64,000 bases of DNA, from positions 682,001 to 746,000 of the forward strand of contig AP026140.1 of NCBI GenBank assembly GCA_030295235.1, given 5' to 3'. The DNA is from Fistulifera solaris. Taxonomy: Eukaryota. Made by a program: the position numbers and the translations under genes. The notes beneath the pieces are model-generated. The model searched no databases. It was given only the letters and a program-made list of their open reading frames with translations, and was not told where the DNA came from. Below, in pieces: positions 62,952 through 64,000 of this stretch (positions are counted from its first letter, which is position 1; every line of letters begins with the position of its first letter).

Positions 62952-64000
62952 ATGTTACCCATTTTGCCTCTACTCCTTCTTCTACTCCCTGGCAGTCATG
63001 CGTTTGTTCCGCTGCAAAAGGACGACGACACGGCCGTTGTTTGCCGCGCCAGACGACTTTGGGGGGAAACCACCAAGTAAAGCGGATATCTATTCACAGG
63101 AAGATTTGCAAGCTATTTTCGATTTACACAACAATTTGCAGGAATTTCGGGACACGTATCGGCCTGCGAACTCTGTGAATGAACTACCGAATATTCAAGA
63201 TTTAGTGCAACAATTTCTACAAGAATCATCATCGACCCTTGAAAAGGAAGAAACGATCAAATTGCAAAACATTCGTGCCATTGCTTCCGATGTCGATGGG
63301 ACTTTGTTGACGTCGAATCACACGATGCATCCTCGGACTACCGCTGCTTTGTTGCAAATTCTCCAGCAAGTCCAAGATCCGTCGTCTCCCCTCCAATACT
63401 TTTTTTCTCGCCACGGGGAAAACGCGCCCGGGAGCCTGGCATCATATGCCACCGGAATTGCAATTGCTACTACAAACATGTCCGGGTGTCTATATACAAG
63501 GCCTGTATTGTGTGGATTCGCAGCAACAAGTAGTATTTGAACAAACCCTTTCCGCTGAATCCGTACAAGCGGCCGAAGACTTTGCCGCACAACATCAATT
63601 GACCTTATTGGGGTATCAGGCGGATCAACTGTACGCAACAGAATCCTCCCATCCTCATCATGTCCAAGAAATTCATTCCAAATACGGTGAACCGGAACCC
63701 ATTTTGGTACCGACCTTTCAAGGCCGCACCTGGCATAAATTAATTTTAATGGGCAGTGACAATGAAGTCTTGCAACGTGTCTATCGGCCCTTGTGGGATG
63801 ATTTGGCCGAACGACACGGTGCCACCACAACACAGGCGGTCCCACTCATGTTGGAATTGTTGCCTGCGGGTTGTAATAAAGGCGTGGGCGTCCAACGGTT
63901 GTGTCATGAGTTGGGCATTGATCCCCAAACGGAATTGTTGGCCGTGGGAGATGGTGAGAACGATAAAGAAATGTTGGAAATGGCGGCGTGGGGTATTGCG
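62952..64000 (+). CDS. Cof-type HAD hydrolase, plastid-targeted; frameshifted and truncated by the window end
   Basis: MLPILPLLLLLLPGSHAFVP presequence; ASDVDGTLL, ATGK, NK..G and AVGDGENDKEML. Confidence 0.85.

Overview
Gene-dense eukaryotic nuclear DNA, most likely from a pennate diatom: short GT-AG introns, ASAFAP-type bipartite plastid presequences and CoDi-like copia elements. It holds about 25 host genes, including THI5-like, QTRT2, LTA4H, CtpA, PNUTS-like, EED/ESC, NECAP, LDAH, RPS23, ORC4, XPD, Cpn60 and kanadaptin. Mobile and repeat content: an internally deleted ISL2EU/Harbinger-type DNA transposon with TIRs, a ~2.9 kb palindromic 52-bp satellite, a ~1.2 kb tandem duplication, and two young full-length Ty1/copia LTR elements with intact TSDs. 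One copia sits just upstream of ORC4; the other interrupts a nitronate monooxygenase gene. The top finding is that the second copia has no tRNA-type PBS. Its PBS is instead perfectly complementary (14 nt) to a sequence inside its own LTR, just after an initiator-like motif, which suggests Tf1-style self-priming in a copia element. Many genes carry single-base frameshifts that look like uncorrected assembly errors. All assignments come from reading motifs by eye; no database searches were run.
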